Shown one piece after another: positions 9,456 to 19,354 of a DNA stretch of 31,624 nt (within the stretch, counting starts at the first letter, position 1; every line of letters starts with the position of its first letter). Source of the DNA: an uncultured Acidobacteriota bacterium (GTDB taxonomy: Bacteria; Actinomycetota; Acidimicrobiia; Spongiisociales; ZC4RG35); the NCBI GenBank assembly GCA_963828465.1, contig CAWHEU010000003.1:1-31624 (forward strand). The letters are read 5' to 3'. Made by a program: the position numbers and the translations under genes. A model generated the notes under the pieces. The model had not been told where the DNA came from. It saw only the letters and a list, made by a program, of their open reading frames with translations, and did not search any database.

Positions 9456-12439
9456 CTAGTACTCGGGCCCCGCCGGACCTCCGTCAGGGGACTCCGGTCC
9501 GCCCGGGCTTCCGAAGATGGCGGCGGGCTCGAGGTCCTCAGTCGTGTCGGCACGGACTGCCACCCAGACAGCCCCCCGGGCCAGGGAGCCGACCGGCTCG
9601 ATCGAGCCGTCGGCGCCCTTCGAGCCGCCGTCGAACAGCTCCTCGTGAGGCCACCAGGTCCGATGGTGCCAGGTCCTCTCGAAGGCACCGCTGGCGAGGT
9701 GCTCCGGATCGAAATACCGAGGATCGGCATCCCCGTTGCCCTGTGGTGACACCTCCGACATGAAGTCGAGGAGGGAACGCCCACCCGCGTCTCCTCCGAT
9801 CGGCTCGAAGTTTCCGGCGTCGGCGAGGATCGGGCCAAAGACCTCCTTCTCACCATGTGTCTCCAGCGCCTGGAGGAACGCCGGGTCGTAGACACCGTCG
9901 AAGAACAGGTCCGCCCAGCGCCACCGGTCTCCCTTCTCGGGCCGGGTCTCCGCCTCGAACTGGGCGACCGTCTTCGGGTCTTGGTCGGGCCGGCCGACGG
10001 TCGTCGGGTCATCGGAGCCGACCAGCACCGCCTGCTCGCTCCGATAGGTCTGGATCGACCCTTCGTACTGAGATGTCAGCCAGCCCCGCTCCGAGGCGAG
10101 ACGGACAGTTCGGGTCTCGAAGAGCTTCTCCCCCGCGTGGAGAGACCGAACTGGCACACCGCTGCCTTGTTCACCCCGAACTGGACCAGGTCGATCCCGG
10201 TCTCGGGGATCGACCCGCCCTTTCCGAACGGGTACCAGATCAGGCGGGACAGCACCGCCGATAGCCCGAGGAACTGCTCCCGGGCAGCGTCGGCTACCCG
10301 ATCGGCGGTGAAGGCGGCGTCGACTTGCTCGGCCAATTGACGGATCGACTGGCTGTAGCTGCGCAGCGCCAGCCGCTCCTGGACTCGACGCCAGGAGACG
10401 ACGACCAGCACGAAGAGCAGCCAGAACCCGATCGTCCCGCATATCGGCCACACCAGGCTTCGGAGCTCCTCCCCCGAGACCGTGGCGTACCACCCGTTCG
10501 GCTGGGAGACAGCGCCGATGACCATGAGCGACACGTAGACGAGGACGGTGAGGATGGTGAGACGTGACATACGGCCCAAGGCAGGCAAATGGTCCTGGTA
10601 GGTGGCCAGCGAAAAGGCCTGACCCAGCCCGGCACCGGTGACTATCCCGGCCAGGACCGCGGCATAGGTGGCCGGCTCGGTCGACGGGTAATCGAGGAAC
10701 GTGATGGCGAGACCGGCAAACAGGGCACCCACGACTCCCCCGATCAGTACACCAATCCAGGTCGGGCCCGCTCCGAGTTTCGACAGCCGCTCACCATCCG
10801 TCGTCTGGCCCTCGGCCAGCGCCTGGACCCCGTACGACCTGAGCAGGACCAAACCGGCGACACAGGCCAGGGTGAGCGCGCCGAACAGGATGTTCCTCGT
10901 GAAGCTGTCGATCTCGGTGATCCCCCATCCCCGAACGGCGCCGGTGAGCAGGAGCAGGCTCACCACCAGGGCGGCGAAGAGGACGCTCCCCGCGATGTGC
11001 CAGAAGGCATAGCCCGGTGGCCGGTAGTTGTGCAGCGCCGCCATCTGGACGTCGAGTGTCTCCAGGAGACGGGAGACGGCGGTCCGATTGGATCGGGCGA
11101 TCCGCTCGATCCGGGCTCCGAGCCGACCGAGGAGGCTGACCGGGGAGCCCGACTCCGACTCGTCGAGGATGTCCTTGGCCGTCCCCACGAGCGAGTCCCC
11201 GGGGCGTGGGGCCAGCGATGCGGCGTCGTTGACCACGGCGCGTTGGCCGTGGACCTCGATCGGGTCCACACCCGGCGGCGGGTCGCTGCCATCGGCGGTG
11301 GAGAGCACCAGACTCCTCAGGTCCCGCCACACCGCCTGGTCGATCGACGGCCCTCCCTGGAGGTCGAGTCGGCGCTCCGCCTGACGTTTGAGGTCGGCGA
11401 TGAGAGCATCGAAGTCCTCCCCGTGGCCGCTCGGACTGAACTTTCCCTTCCACACCACTTCGACTACCGACGAGCTGCCCACCAGGTCCTGCATCGTCCG
11501 CCCAGCCAGCTCGGAGAAGTCCTCGAACAGGCCCTCCACCGCCCTACGGGGCAGAGAAATGATGAACCGACCCATCTCCTTCAGGATCAGGAGCAGCGCC
11601 CGGAGCGGCCGTAGCTGATGGCGTTGAGGGGCCTCGGGGTCCTTGACCTCGAAGGCGAGACGGTCGAAGAGCGGGATGGACCGGTCCGCCAGATCGGACA
11701 CGGCCGCCGTCGGGGACGGTGCCTCGATGGTGCCGGGGGGAACGGGGAGACGGCCCTCGTGATCGACGATCTCCTGCAACGGCAGGGCCGGGCTGCGGCC
11801 GACTCGAACGTAGGAACGGGAGAGACGAAGCTTCGGGCTGTCGCCGAAGATCACGCCGGGGCCCATACCGTCGAGGACGGAGCCTTCCATCCCGGCGAAC
11901 ATTCCCAACATGACCGCCGTCTCGGCTGCGATGTGACCAACGAACGTCGAAGTCTCCGGGGAGAGCGGGGCGGCGAAATGCTGGTCAGACCTCCGGTCCT
12001 CAGGTACCACCACCAAATTGGCGTGGACATGGGTCGAGAAGAACCCCTCCTCCGGGGCCTCCAGTGTGTCCCAGTCGGGGAACCAGAGCCGTGCCAACCG
12101 GACCGACGACTCCCCTGGTGCCAGCGAGGTCAGTTGGCGATGAACCACTTTGGAGATTTCGGCCACCTGCGTGGCGGGCACCCCGTCACCTGGTGTGGCG
12201 ATCGCGCCGACCCTGATCTCGTCGGCAGCACGCTCTCCGATCGAGGGGAAGAGCGGTACCTCCTCGGGGCCATAGCGGTCGAACCTCACCCCGGGCCAGG
12301 GTTGGGTGCGGGCCATCCTGGAATCGACGAACCAGAAAGGCCCGATCAGCCCCTGTTCCACCATGCCACCGAGCATCGAGGCCGCTCCCCATGCCGGGCC
12401 GGCCCGATCCCCGACCAGGACGGTGGAAACCGTCGTCAT
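9456..12439 (-). CDS. Large (~994 aa) multi-pass membrane protein, last gene of the tubulin-like/vWA operon (frameshift ~10132)
   Basis: ORFs 10076..12439 and 9456..10493 join by adding one G to the G5 run at 10130-10134 (FGLSTRG|EKLFETRTVRL). There is a soluble N-terminal ~470 aa, about six hydrophobic helices flanked by helical segments, and a soluble C-terminus. Confidence 0.8.
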
Positions 12440-12453
12440 GATATAATGTAATC

Positions 12454-15400
12454 TCAGAATTCGGGCGTGGTCTGCGATGCCCTCACCTGGAGGGCGACGG
12501 CCATGCGATGCAGCTCCTCATGGATCAGATCGGTAGCGCCCAACCAGGCGTTCTCCGGACCGATCCTCCCCTCGCGGCGCTCCTCATCGGCGTGGCGGGC
12601 GTAATCCTCATCCAGCTTGGTGATCAGATCGGCCAGAGCGGTTGCCCGCTTGCCTGCCTCCTCGAACTCGATCTGGGTGACACCTGCCTCCCGGCCGAAA
12701 GCAGTACCGGACGAGACCCACTCCTCGAGGATCGGGCTCAGCTCACGGAACTCGCCCATCTCAGCCCCCATGGACCCGGGGTTGCGGCCCAGCTCGACGA
12801 GCGTGTGAAAAATCCCGAGCATCTCATCGGGCTTGCCGGCGTCGGCCGAATAGGGGATGGCCAGCGCCAGCGTCTCGAGGAAAGCCCCGAACTGACGGGG
12901 ACGGTTCTCCCCCGGTGTCGTCACCAGCGGCGGTGATTCGATGACAGGGCCGCCCTTCCCCTTCTCGAAGCGAACCACTGTTGCTCCGTTGTCCTGGCCC
13001 ACGGTGAGAAGACCGAGGACCCGGGCAATGAACCACCCTCGGACCAGAGCCCGCACCATCGGTGTTGGCAACGGGATCGACTGGGCCAAGGGGCCGGCTC
13101 CGGCGCCATTTCCAAAAATCACGGAGGCGTCCCGCTCTGGCCGCGGCGGCATAGCCGTCGGCGATGGGGTCGATCAGCGAGCGGAACACGGCCGGGTGCA
13201 GCGCTCCTTCCAGCATGCTGTAGATGGAGATCCGCTTCACCCGATCGCTCTGGGTGACGTTGTCGTGTGTTCCGTCGGTCCGATCGGCCAGCTTGGAGTC
13301 GAGGAACTGGTTGACCCAGCGCTCGAGACGATGGTTCTTCAAGGGGATCTCCCCCGGCACGGCATGGGTGGTGATCACCCGGTCATGGACCTCGGCGAGC
13401 AGCACCGGGTCCACATGGACCAACGGCTCCGCCGCCTCGAACGCCGACTCGAGAGCCGACTGGAATGCTCGCTCCCGATCGCGGGCCACCGAGGCGGGAA
13501 CCTTCTTGTCCGGCTCCTGGAGATAGGCGCGCAAACCCTGGGAGAGAAAATCGTCGAAATCGGTGCCATCCCGGGTCAGCCAGGCCCGGGCCCGCAACAC
13601 CAGCTCGTCACGCTCGGTGTGGAGCCGGAACCGGGCTGGGCGATCGGGCTCGCCGCCGAGGAGGATGGCCTCACTCGGCTGCCACTGGTCGATCACTTCG
13701 AAAAGGCCCCGCACCTGGGAGGCCAGACGACGGTCGGTCGGCTGCGAGTCCTCCAAATAGTTGCCGGTGACCACCTCATGTCGAACTGAGCGCCATCTCT
13801 CCGCCGGCGCCCCGTAGTTCACACCGAGGGTCGCTGTCAACAGCTCGTCGAAGAGCGTGGGGAACGCCTTTGGATCGATGACCAATGCCACCGTCTTGCC
13901 CGGAATGAGGTCGTCGGAGACAGCCTGATCGCGACGGGGGTTGTGCCGGGGCCAGCCATCGACGGGCGCAGCCTCTACATCGGCAGGGTCGAGCTTTCGC
14001 TGCAACTCGCCGAGGGCGAGACGGACTGCCTCCATCAGGGGCAACACAACGGACTCGTCGAAGTCGAGAAGCAGGGCACGAGCGATGAACCGTGACTTCT
14101 CCTCCATGCGCTGGAAGACGAGCGTGTCGACGGCCTGAGCTGCGGCCATCCTCACCGCTTCGTGCTCGGAGCCGAGCTGGCCGCCGAGCTCGCCGAAGGC
14201 TGCCTGCACGTTGGAGCGGACATGGGCAGAGAAGCTCTCGAATTCGATCCGCTCCTGCTCGAGGTCGTCACATGCGGTGCGGATCTCGCCGCGAGCCAAT
14301 TCGAGGAGCTCGTTGACGACCGGCAACCCGTAGCCCGAGGCGATCCCGCCGGTCTCGTGAAGCAGCCGGCCGGTGACCTCTTTGGTCCAGACCCGGGCCC
14401 GCTCCCTGATCTTGGCGTCGTAGCGCTCGTTCTCACCGGGGGCGAGCAGCTCGGCCTCCTCGACGACGGCGGTGAGCCACTCGTCTATCCGGCCCTTGGG
14501 CCCGACGTTCTCAACCGCGGCCCGGTAGACCTCTTCGGCCAGGGAGCCGGTGATCACCTGGCGCTCGCGCAACGGCAGGGCAATCGCCTCGACTACCTGA
14601 TGCTCCTGGCCGCGCTCGTTGATCCCGACGTTGTTGAGGAAACCGGTCAGGCGATCGTCGGCCAGCTCCTGGGCGATGACATCCGGGGTGAGCCCCTCGT
14701 ATCGCTCAAGTCCTTCGGTGATGAGCCGGTGCCCGTTGACCAGCGTGTCAACGGCGTCACGGACGATCCGGCGCTCGGAGTAGGTCTTGAACCGGTCGAC
14801 GCCGAGATCGACCTCGGCATAGCCGAGCCCCTGGAGCGTGCCCACGTAAGGGGGCTCCATGAGCATGTGCATCGGGCCGCCCGAGTCGCCGTAGGTACCG
14901 GCGCTGTTCTGCCAGTTGGCGGCGGTGTAAACGACGAAATCGTCCTGTACCTGGGGGTCGGTCATCACCGCGGAGAGACAGCGGCCCATCACCCGGTACA
15001 CCTCGGTCTGGTCGCCGAACACGACTCCGCTCGTGTTGGCGTGACCCACGAGGAAGGAGAAGGCGGGCCCGCTGCGGGAGATCTCCCGCTCTTCGCCGGC
15101 GACGGCGACCCGTCCCCCGGCATAGACACCGCTGAGAAGCTCGGCCAGCGCCGCTGCCGAATTGGGATGGACCCCGGCCCTGGCCCCGGCGGCGAGGCTC
15201 TGGAAGACATCGGCGGCGTAGAGGATGCCGAAGGAGTTGTCGAGCCATTGCTCGCCTTCGGCACGGAGCATGTCGGCCACGTCGAGGAACAACCCGGCCC
15301 CGGTACCTCCGGCTAGAGAGGAGACGATCATCAGAACCGGCTCACCGCGTTCCTCGTAGGTGCCCGAGCCCTCCTCGTCGGCCGATGCCCGGAGTCGTTG

Positions 15401-15847
15401 CAGCTCGCCGATGGCGTCAGCAGTGCGAAGGGCGGTGATCTTGCCCTGAAGATGAGAGTGGATTCGGTCCTGCTGATCGAGCCCGAGAACTCGCCCTATC
15501 GCCCGGTACTGCCCGGCGCCATGGGCGATAGGGACGTTCATGAAGTCGGGGTCCACCCACCAGCCGTCGAAGTTTGTCTGTTTCCGGGTGAGCCGGTCGA
15601 CCACGGTCCCGAAGGGCACTCCGTCCCGGTGCAGCGACATGTACTCGATCGGAGGCAGCAACTCCGGACGGCCGGGCAGGATCGGGGCCTCCTGGGTCGA
15701 AGGGGTGTCGATGTGGAGGAACTGCCAGCCCTGGGGCATGCCCGACGCCCAGCCGATCTCATTCAGCCACTCGCCGAGGGACTGCTTCAGATAGCGGATG
15801 GTCTTCCCGCCGGACCCACCGAGCCCTATCACCAGAAACGATCTCAT
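12454..15847 (-). CDS. Tubulin/FtsZ-like GTPase, Tubulin_2 (FtsZl1-type), ~1130 aa with a long helical C-terminal region (frameshift ~13091)
   Basis: N-terminal LVIGLGGSGGKT, HIDT, GAGQYRAIGR and the tubulin-signature-like SSLAGGTGAGLFLDV. Removing one C at 13090-13093 joins FWKWRRSRP to LAQSIPLPTPMVRALVRGWF (ORF 12454..13152). ATGA overlap with the vWA gene. Confidence 0.9.
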
Positions 15848-18225
15848 GAGTCCCCAGTCCTTTCCATTTCCACGACCAGGTTCCTGGTCGAGATCTCGGC
15901 TGCGATAAGCCCCAGCGAGTCGCTGATCATGTCGGCGGCAACCCGGCTCGCATCGGCGCCGCGGGCGGTTCGGATGTCGAACAGGAGAACGCCTGGTGCC
16001 TTCTGCGCGGTTCCCTCCGCCAGCCGCTCCATTTGGGAATTGGTCAAGCCGATCGTAACCAAGGGGCCGAGGGCATCACGCGCCCTTCCCCGGTAGACCT
16101 TCTCGGCAACGAGCGTCCTCCCAGGCAATCCCGGGCCTTGATGGGCGCCCACCCAGTCGGTGCCAAGGCCGATCCGCGCATACGGGGCGACCCAAGGAAT
16201 GACGGAGACGATGCGCTCCATGCGCAGGCTGCCGGCGTCGAGACGGGCGGGGGTGCGCTTGGGAAGCCGGAACGCGCTGTCGACCGGCGCCTCGACGATC
16301 CCTATCTCCAACTCCCCGTATTCGGTCGGCGTGAGCTCGGCCACGAAGTTGGCGTATCGGACACGATTCCGGCGGGGGTCGGGAATTCGGGCGATGAGAC
16401 GGTTGACGCCGTAGAGGATCGCCCAGAGCAGCCCCAGCATCAGCAGCATCAGACCTGCCACGACCAGGGCGACGAGTGCGGGGTTCGCCTTCGGGGTGAC
16501 CTCGAGATCAATGGCCAGCGAGCCCTCCTCGACTCGCTCCGGGCTGGTTTGCGGCGTGGACTGGGTCTGGAACTCGAGCACACCCTGGGCGAAACCGGCG
16601 CGGTCGAGGGTGACCCCCATGGTCACCGTCTGAATCCCGCCTGGCTCGACCTGGATGCAGTCGGACCCGGCGAGATCGGCGGTGGCGGTGATCACCTCTT
16701 CGTTGGCGTCGGTCATCCCCGCCGGCGGCCCGACCAGGCACAACTCCCCGCCGTCCTTCGGATCGACCTGGAGATCGATCAGGAACGGGCCCACCCCCTC
16801 CCCGCTGATCGGGGGAGGCTGGTCCACGATGGCGGGGGCATTGATCGGTTCGTTGAGGGTGAAATTCTGAGTGGCAGAGTCGACCAGTCCGGGGCCGGAG
16901 GTCATCTCCACGGTCAGGTCGAAACTCTCCGCCGCCGGAAGGGTCGGGACGGTGACCGGCCAGCCGGTCCCGTCGGGCGAGCCGACCTGGCCCGAGTCGG
17001 CAGTGACCTGGATCCGGCCCAACGCCTCGCCTTCGAGCCGGCCATGGGGCCCGTCGGCGACCACGACGAATTCCCCCGGCTCGTTCTGATAGAGCGTGGG
17101 GGCAGCACCTTGCACCACCGGGACTGCAGGCTGGGCGACGACGAAGCCGCAGACCTCGGCCACTCCCGACATCTCGATGCTGAACGGGGCTCCCACCGGG
17201 CGAGCGAGTGCGACATTCGTTCCCGAGTCGCCGTCTGTGGTTTCGGTCGTATCTGTCAGGGAGGACCCGGTGAGGCTGGGCGGACTTCCCGCACTGCCCC
17301 GAGTGATCAGCCGGACCTCGGTGGCCAGCTGATACGGAACCGGACCGGCATCGACCACACCCTCGTTGACGACCAGATTCCCGTTGGCGTCGGGGGCCAG
17401 ATCGGCAAGCTCGGTAGCACCGAGCTGTGAGGAGCAGGCCATGATGAACGGCAGCCGGCTGACATCGTCCACCGGCTGAAAGGATCCGTTGCCGGGGCCG
17501 CAGTCGAGAGACGGATCGCCACCCATGCCACGGAGGACCCGGCGACTGGCCTCGTCCACTCCGCTCTCGTCGCCGAGCAGCACTATCTGCGAGCTCACCC
17601 CCAACTCGCCTAACTGGTCCGCGTAGCCGCCGGGGTCACAGACGAGGGCGGGCATGAGGGCCTCTGCCTCGACCACGTTGTCCGCTGTCACAGGTTCGGC
17701 GAAATAGAAACGCTCCAGCCCTCCGGATGGGATGAGATCCTCGTCCAGGTCGTGCTGGCCGTCGGTGAACCAGAACAGGATCTGACACGTCACTGATGGT
17801 GAGTCGTTGAAAGCTTGGCTCGCCCCATCCAATGCGTAGACATAGTCGGTGTGATCCTGATCATCTACGGACCCCACCGTCTCCACCTGCTCTAGAAAGT
17901 CGCCGAGCGTGTCCTGATTAAGGAATTCCCACTCGCCGGGCCGATAGACCTCGCCGAATCCGGCCACCTGGAACTCGATCTGTCGCACTTGGTCGGCCAA
18001 GGCCACATAGGAGCGGACCACCGCCCTGGCCCCGGTGATCCGTTGATCGTCGGGATCGGTCTGTCGCAGCGAGCCGGACTGATCGATTAGGAGCAGAACC
18101 TGTAAAACCGCGTTCTCGTCGAGAACGCAGTCCCCGGGGACCGCCGTGGTCTGGGCGCCAGCGACACCGGGTAGGAGCGAAAACCCGATCAGGGCCGCCG
18201 AGACCACCGTGAGAAAGCGGCGCAT
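15844..18225 (-). CDS. Surface-exposed von Willebrand factor A (vWA) domain protein, single-pass membrane anchored (793 aa)
   Basis: ATG 18225 overlaps the upstream TGA (TGATG). Signal peptide MRRFLTVVSAALIGFSLLPGVAGA, MIDAS motifs LLIDQSGS, TDY and FTDG, a beta-rich stalk, TM helix LVALVVAGLMLLMLGLLWAILYGV and a cytoplasmic tail of ~180 aa. Confidence 0.9.
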   Translation of the reverse strand: MRRFLTVVSAALIGFSLLPGVAGAQTTAVPGDCVLDENAVLQVLLLIDQSGSLRQTDPDDQRITGARAVVRSYVALADQVRQIEFQVAGFGEVYRPGEWEFLNQDTLGDFLEQVETVGSVDDQDHTDYVYALDGASQAFNDSPSVTCQILFWFTDGQHDLDEDLIPSGGLERFYFAEPVTADNVVEAEALMPALVCDPGGYADQLGELGVSSQIVLLGDESGVDEASRRVLRGMGGDPSLDCGPGNGSFQPVDDVSRLPFIMACSSQLGATELADLAPDANGNLVVNEGVVDAGPVPYQLATEVRLITRGSAGSPPSLTGSSLTDTTETTDGDSGTNVALARPVGAPFSIEMSGVAEVCGFVVAQPAVPVVQGAAPTLYQNEPGEFVVVADGPHGRLEGEALGRIQVTADSGQVGSPDGTGWPVTVPTLPAAESFDLTVEMTSGPGLVDSATQNFTLNEPINAPAIVDQPPPISGEGVGPFLIDLQVDPKDGGELCLVGPPAGMTDANEEVITATADLAGSDCIQVEPGGIQTVTMGVTLDRAGFAQGVLEFQTQSTPQTSPERVEEGSLAIDLEVTPKANPALVALVVAGLMLLMLGLLWAILYGVNRLIARIPDPRRNRVRYANFVAELTPTEYGELEIGIVEAPVDSAFRLPKRTPARLDAGSLRMERIVSVIPWVAPYARIGLGTDWVGAHQGPGLPGRTLVAEKVYRGRARDALGPLVTIGLTNSQMERLAEGTAQKAPGVLLFDIRTARGADASRVAADMISDSLGLIAAEISTRNLVVEMERTGDS

Positions 18226-18647
18226 CACAGCTGACCGGTCCAGATACGGGCGACGTAGAAGGCGAGACGGAGACCGTGCCAGCCGATGGCGAGTCCCAGC
18301 GACACCAGGAGGCCCACCCATCCGATCAGACTCGGCCGCCAAGCCGGCTCGTGCCAGCGCCCACCAACGCTCTGCCGCTCGTAGCGGAAGACCGCAAAGG
18401 CTGGCAATACCAGGAGGAAGGTGATCACCAAAGCCGCCACCGACTTCCTGAACGATGCGGTCATTCCCGGCGCCAGGTTCCATGGCTCGCCAACGGCCAG
18501 CAGCGCGATGACGAGGGCAGAAACGGCGAGCATGGCCACGGAGACGTAGAACCAGCGACGGGAGGCCGTGACCCTGGCCCGGGCTCTCGGGTGACCGGGG
18601 CGGGCACCGGCGCTACCGCCGCCGGGAATGGGGACGTTGGAGCTCAC
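18225..18647 (-). CDS. Small membrane protein (3 TM, 140 aa) coupled to the vWA gene
   Basis: GTGA overlap with the upstream gene and TGATG overlap with the downstream gene. A Pro/Gly-rich N-terminus is followed by three hydrophobic helices. Confidence 0.75.
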   Translation of the reverse strand: MSSNVPIPGGGSAGARPGHPRARARVTASRRWFYVSVAMLAVSALVIALLAVGEPWNLAPGMTASFRKSVAALVITFLLVLPAFAVFRYERQSVGGRWHEPAWRPSLIGWVGLLVSLGLAIGWHGLRLAFYVARIWTGQL

Positions 18648-19354
18648 GAGCCACCAGCCAGGGTGTCCAGGGTCTCGAGGAATTCGTCGCCGTGTCCCTC
18701 GACCGCTGGCGAGTCGGTCACGACGACAATGTGATGGGCCAGCTCATGTATCAGGGACCAGGCGATGAGGGGCTCGTCGAGCGTGATCGAGCCGGTGTTC
18801 GGGTCGTATAGCCCGCCGAGATCGCCTTCCAGCACAGTCGAAGAAACCGAGACCGAGGGGACATCCCAGTCCGCCACGACCTCGTCGGCGATGGCCTGGG
18901 CCTCCGCCGGCGATATCTCGTATAGGAAGTTTTCGATCCGCTCTGTCCCAATGTGGTCGTGCACGATGCAGTAATCCCACTGACACACCTCGAGGTCTTC
19001 GTCTGCGGGATCGATCTCCCTATATGCGGCGGAATCGGGCGGGATCGCTGTCTCCTCGGCGGCCGGGAGGGGCGAGACCGAGCCGGCGGCGACATCGGCG
19101 GTTCTGGGGGCATCGCCCCGGATCGCGGCCACCGTCACCAGGGACACGATGACGGCGCCCAATGCCCAGAGCCAGATCATCGGCCGACGTTCCCTCGGGG
19201 CCGGCTCGGGCACCGGCACAGGGGTCGACGAGTCGAGAATGGGCAGTGGTCCCCCGAGACGTTCGGGCTCGGTGTCTCTCACAACTGCCGAAGATGGTAC
19301 GAGCCTGGCGAAATTGGGTTGCACAGTGCCGGATGTGACACCTGTGGCTCCCAA
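18644..19354 (-). CDS. Membrane-anchored HExxH zinc metallopeptidase-like (minimal zincin, SprT-like) protein; start codon uncertain
   Basis: TM helix IWLWALGAVIVSLVTVAAI, then GGLYDPNTGSITL, LIHELAHHIV and a third-ligand motif GHGDEFLETL. Confidence 0.7.
   Translation of the reverse strand: MGATGVTSGTVQPNFARLVPSSAVVRDTEPERLGGPLPILDSSTPVPVPEPAPRERRPMIWLWALGAVIVSLVTVAAIRGDAPRTADVAAGSVSPLPAAEETAIPPDSAAYREIDPADEDLEVCQWDYCIVHDHIGTERIENFLYEISPAEAQAIADEVVADWDVPSVSVSSTVLEGDLGGLYDPNTGSITLDEPLIAWSLIHELAHHIVVVTDSPAVEGHGDEFLETLDTLAGGS

Noticed and set aside
7767-9749. Long plus-strand ORFs (7767..9749, and likewise 4814..6172, 14162..15316, 16033..17430, 18953..20518)
   Set aside because: These are antisense shadows of well-supported minus-strand genes, which are expected in high-GC DNA. 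They contain no recognisable motifs.
12454-15847. Canonical ftsZ or eukaryote-like tubulin (BtubAB)
   Set aside because: The protein is about three times too long, has no dcw gene context, and the AGGTGAG and GAGQxR motifs fit the Tubulin_2 family.
7356-18225. Assignment to the vWA-MoxR or beta-propeller ternary conflict systems
   Set aside because: There is no MoxR AAA+ ATPase in the window, the vWA protein is exported, and the beta-propeller is a lipoprotein with its own candidate promoter.
18226-18483. N-terminal extension of the vWA ORF to 18483 (and of the GNAT ORF to 28186 and the beta-propeller ORF to 9404)
   Set aside because: Downstream starts have an RBS or stop-start coupling and give proper N-termini, and the vWA and GNAT extensions overlap other real genes.
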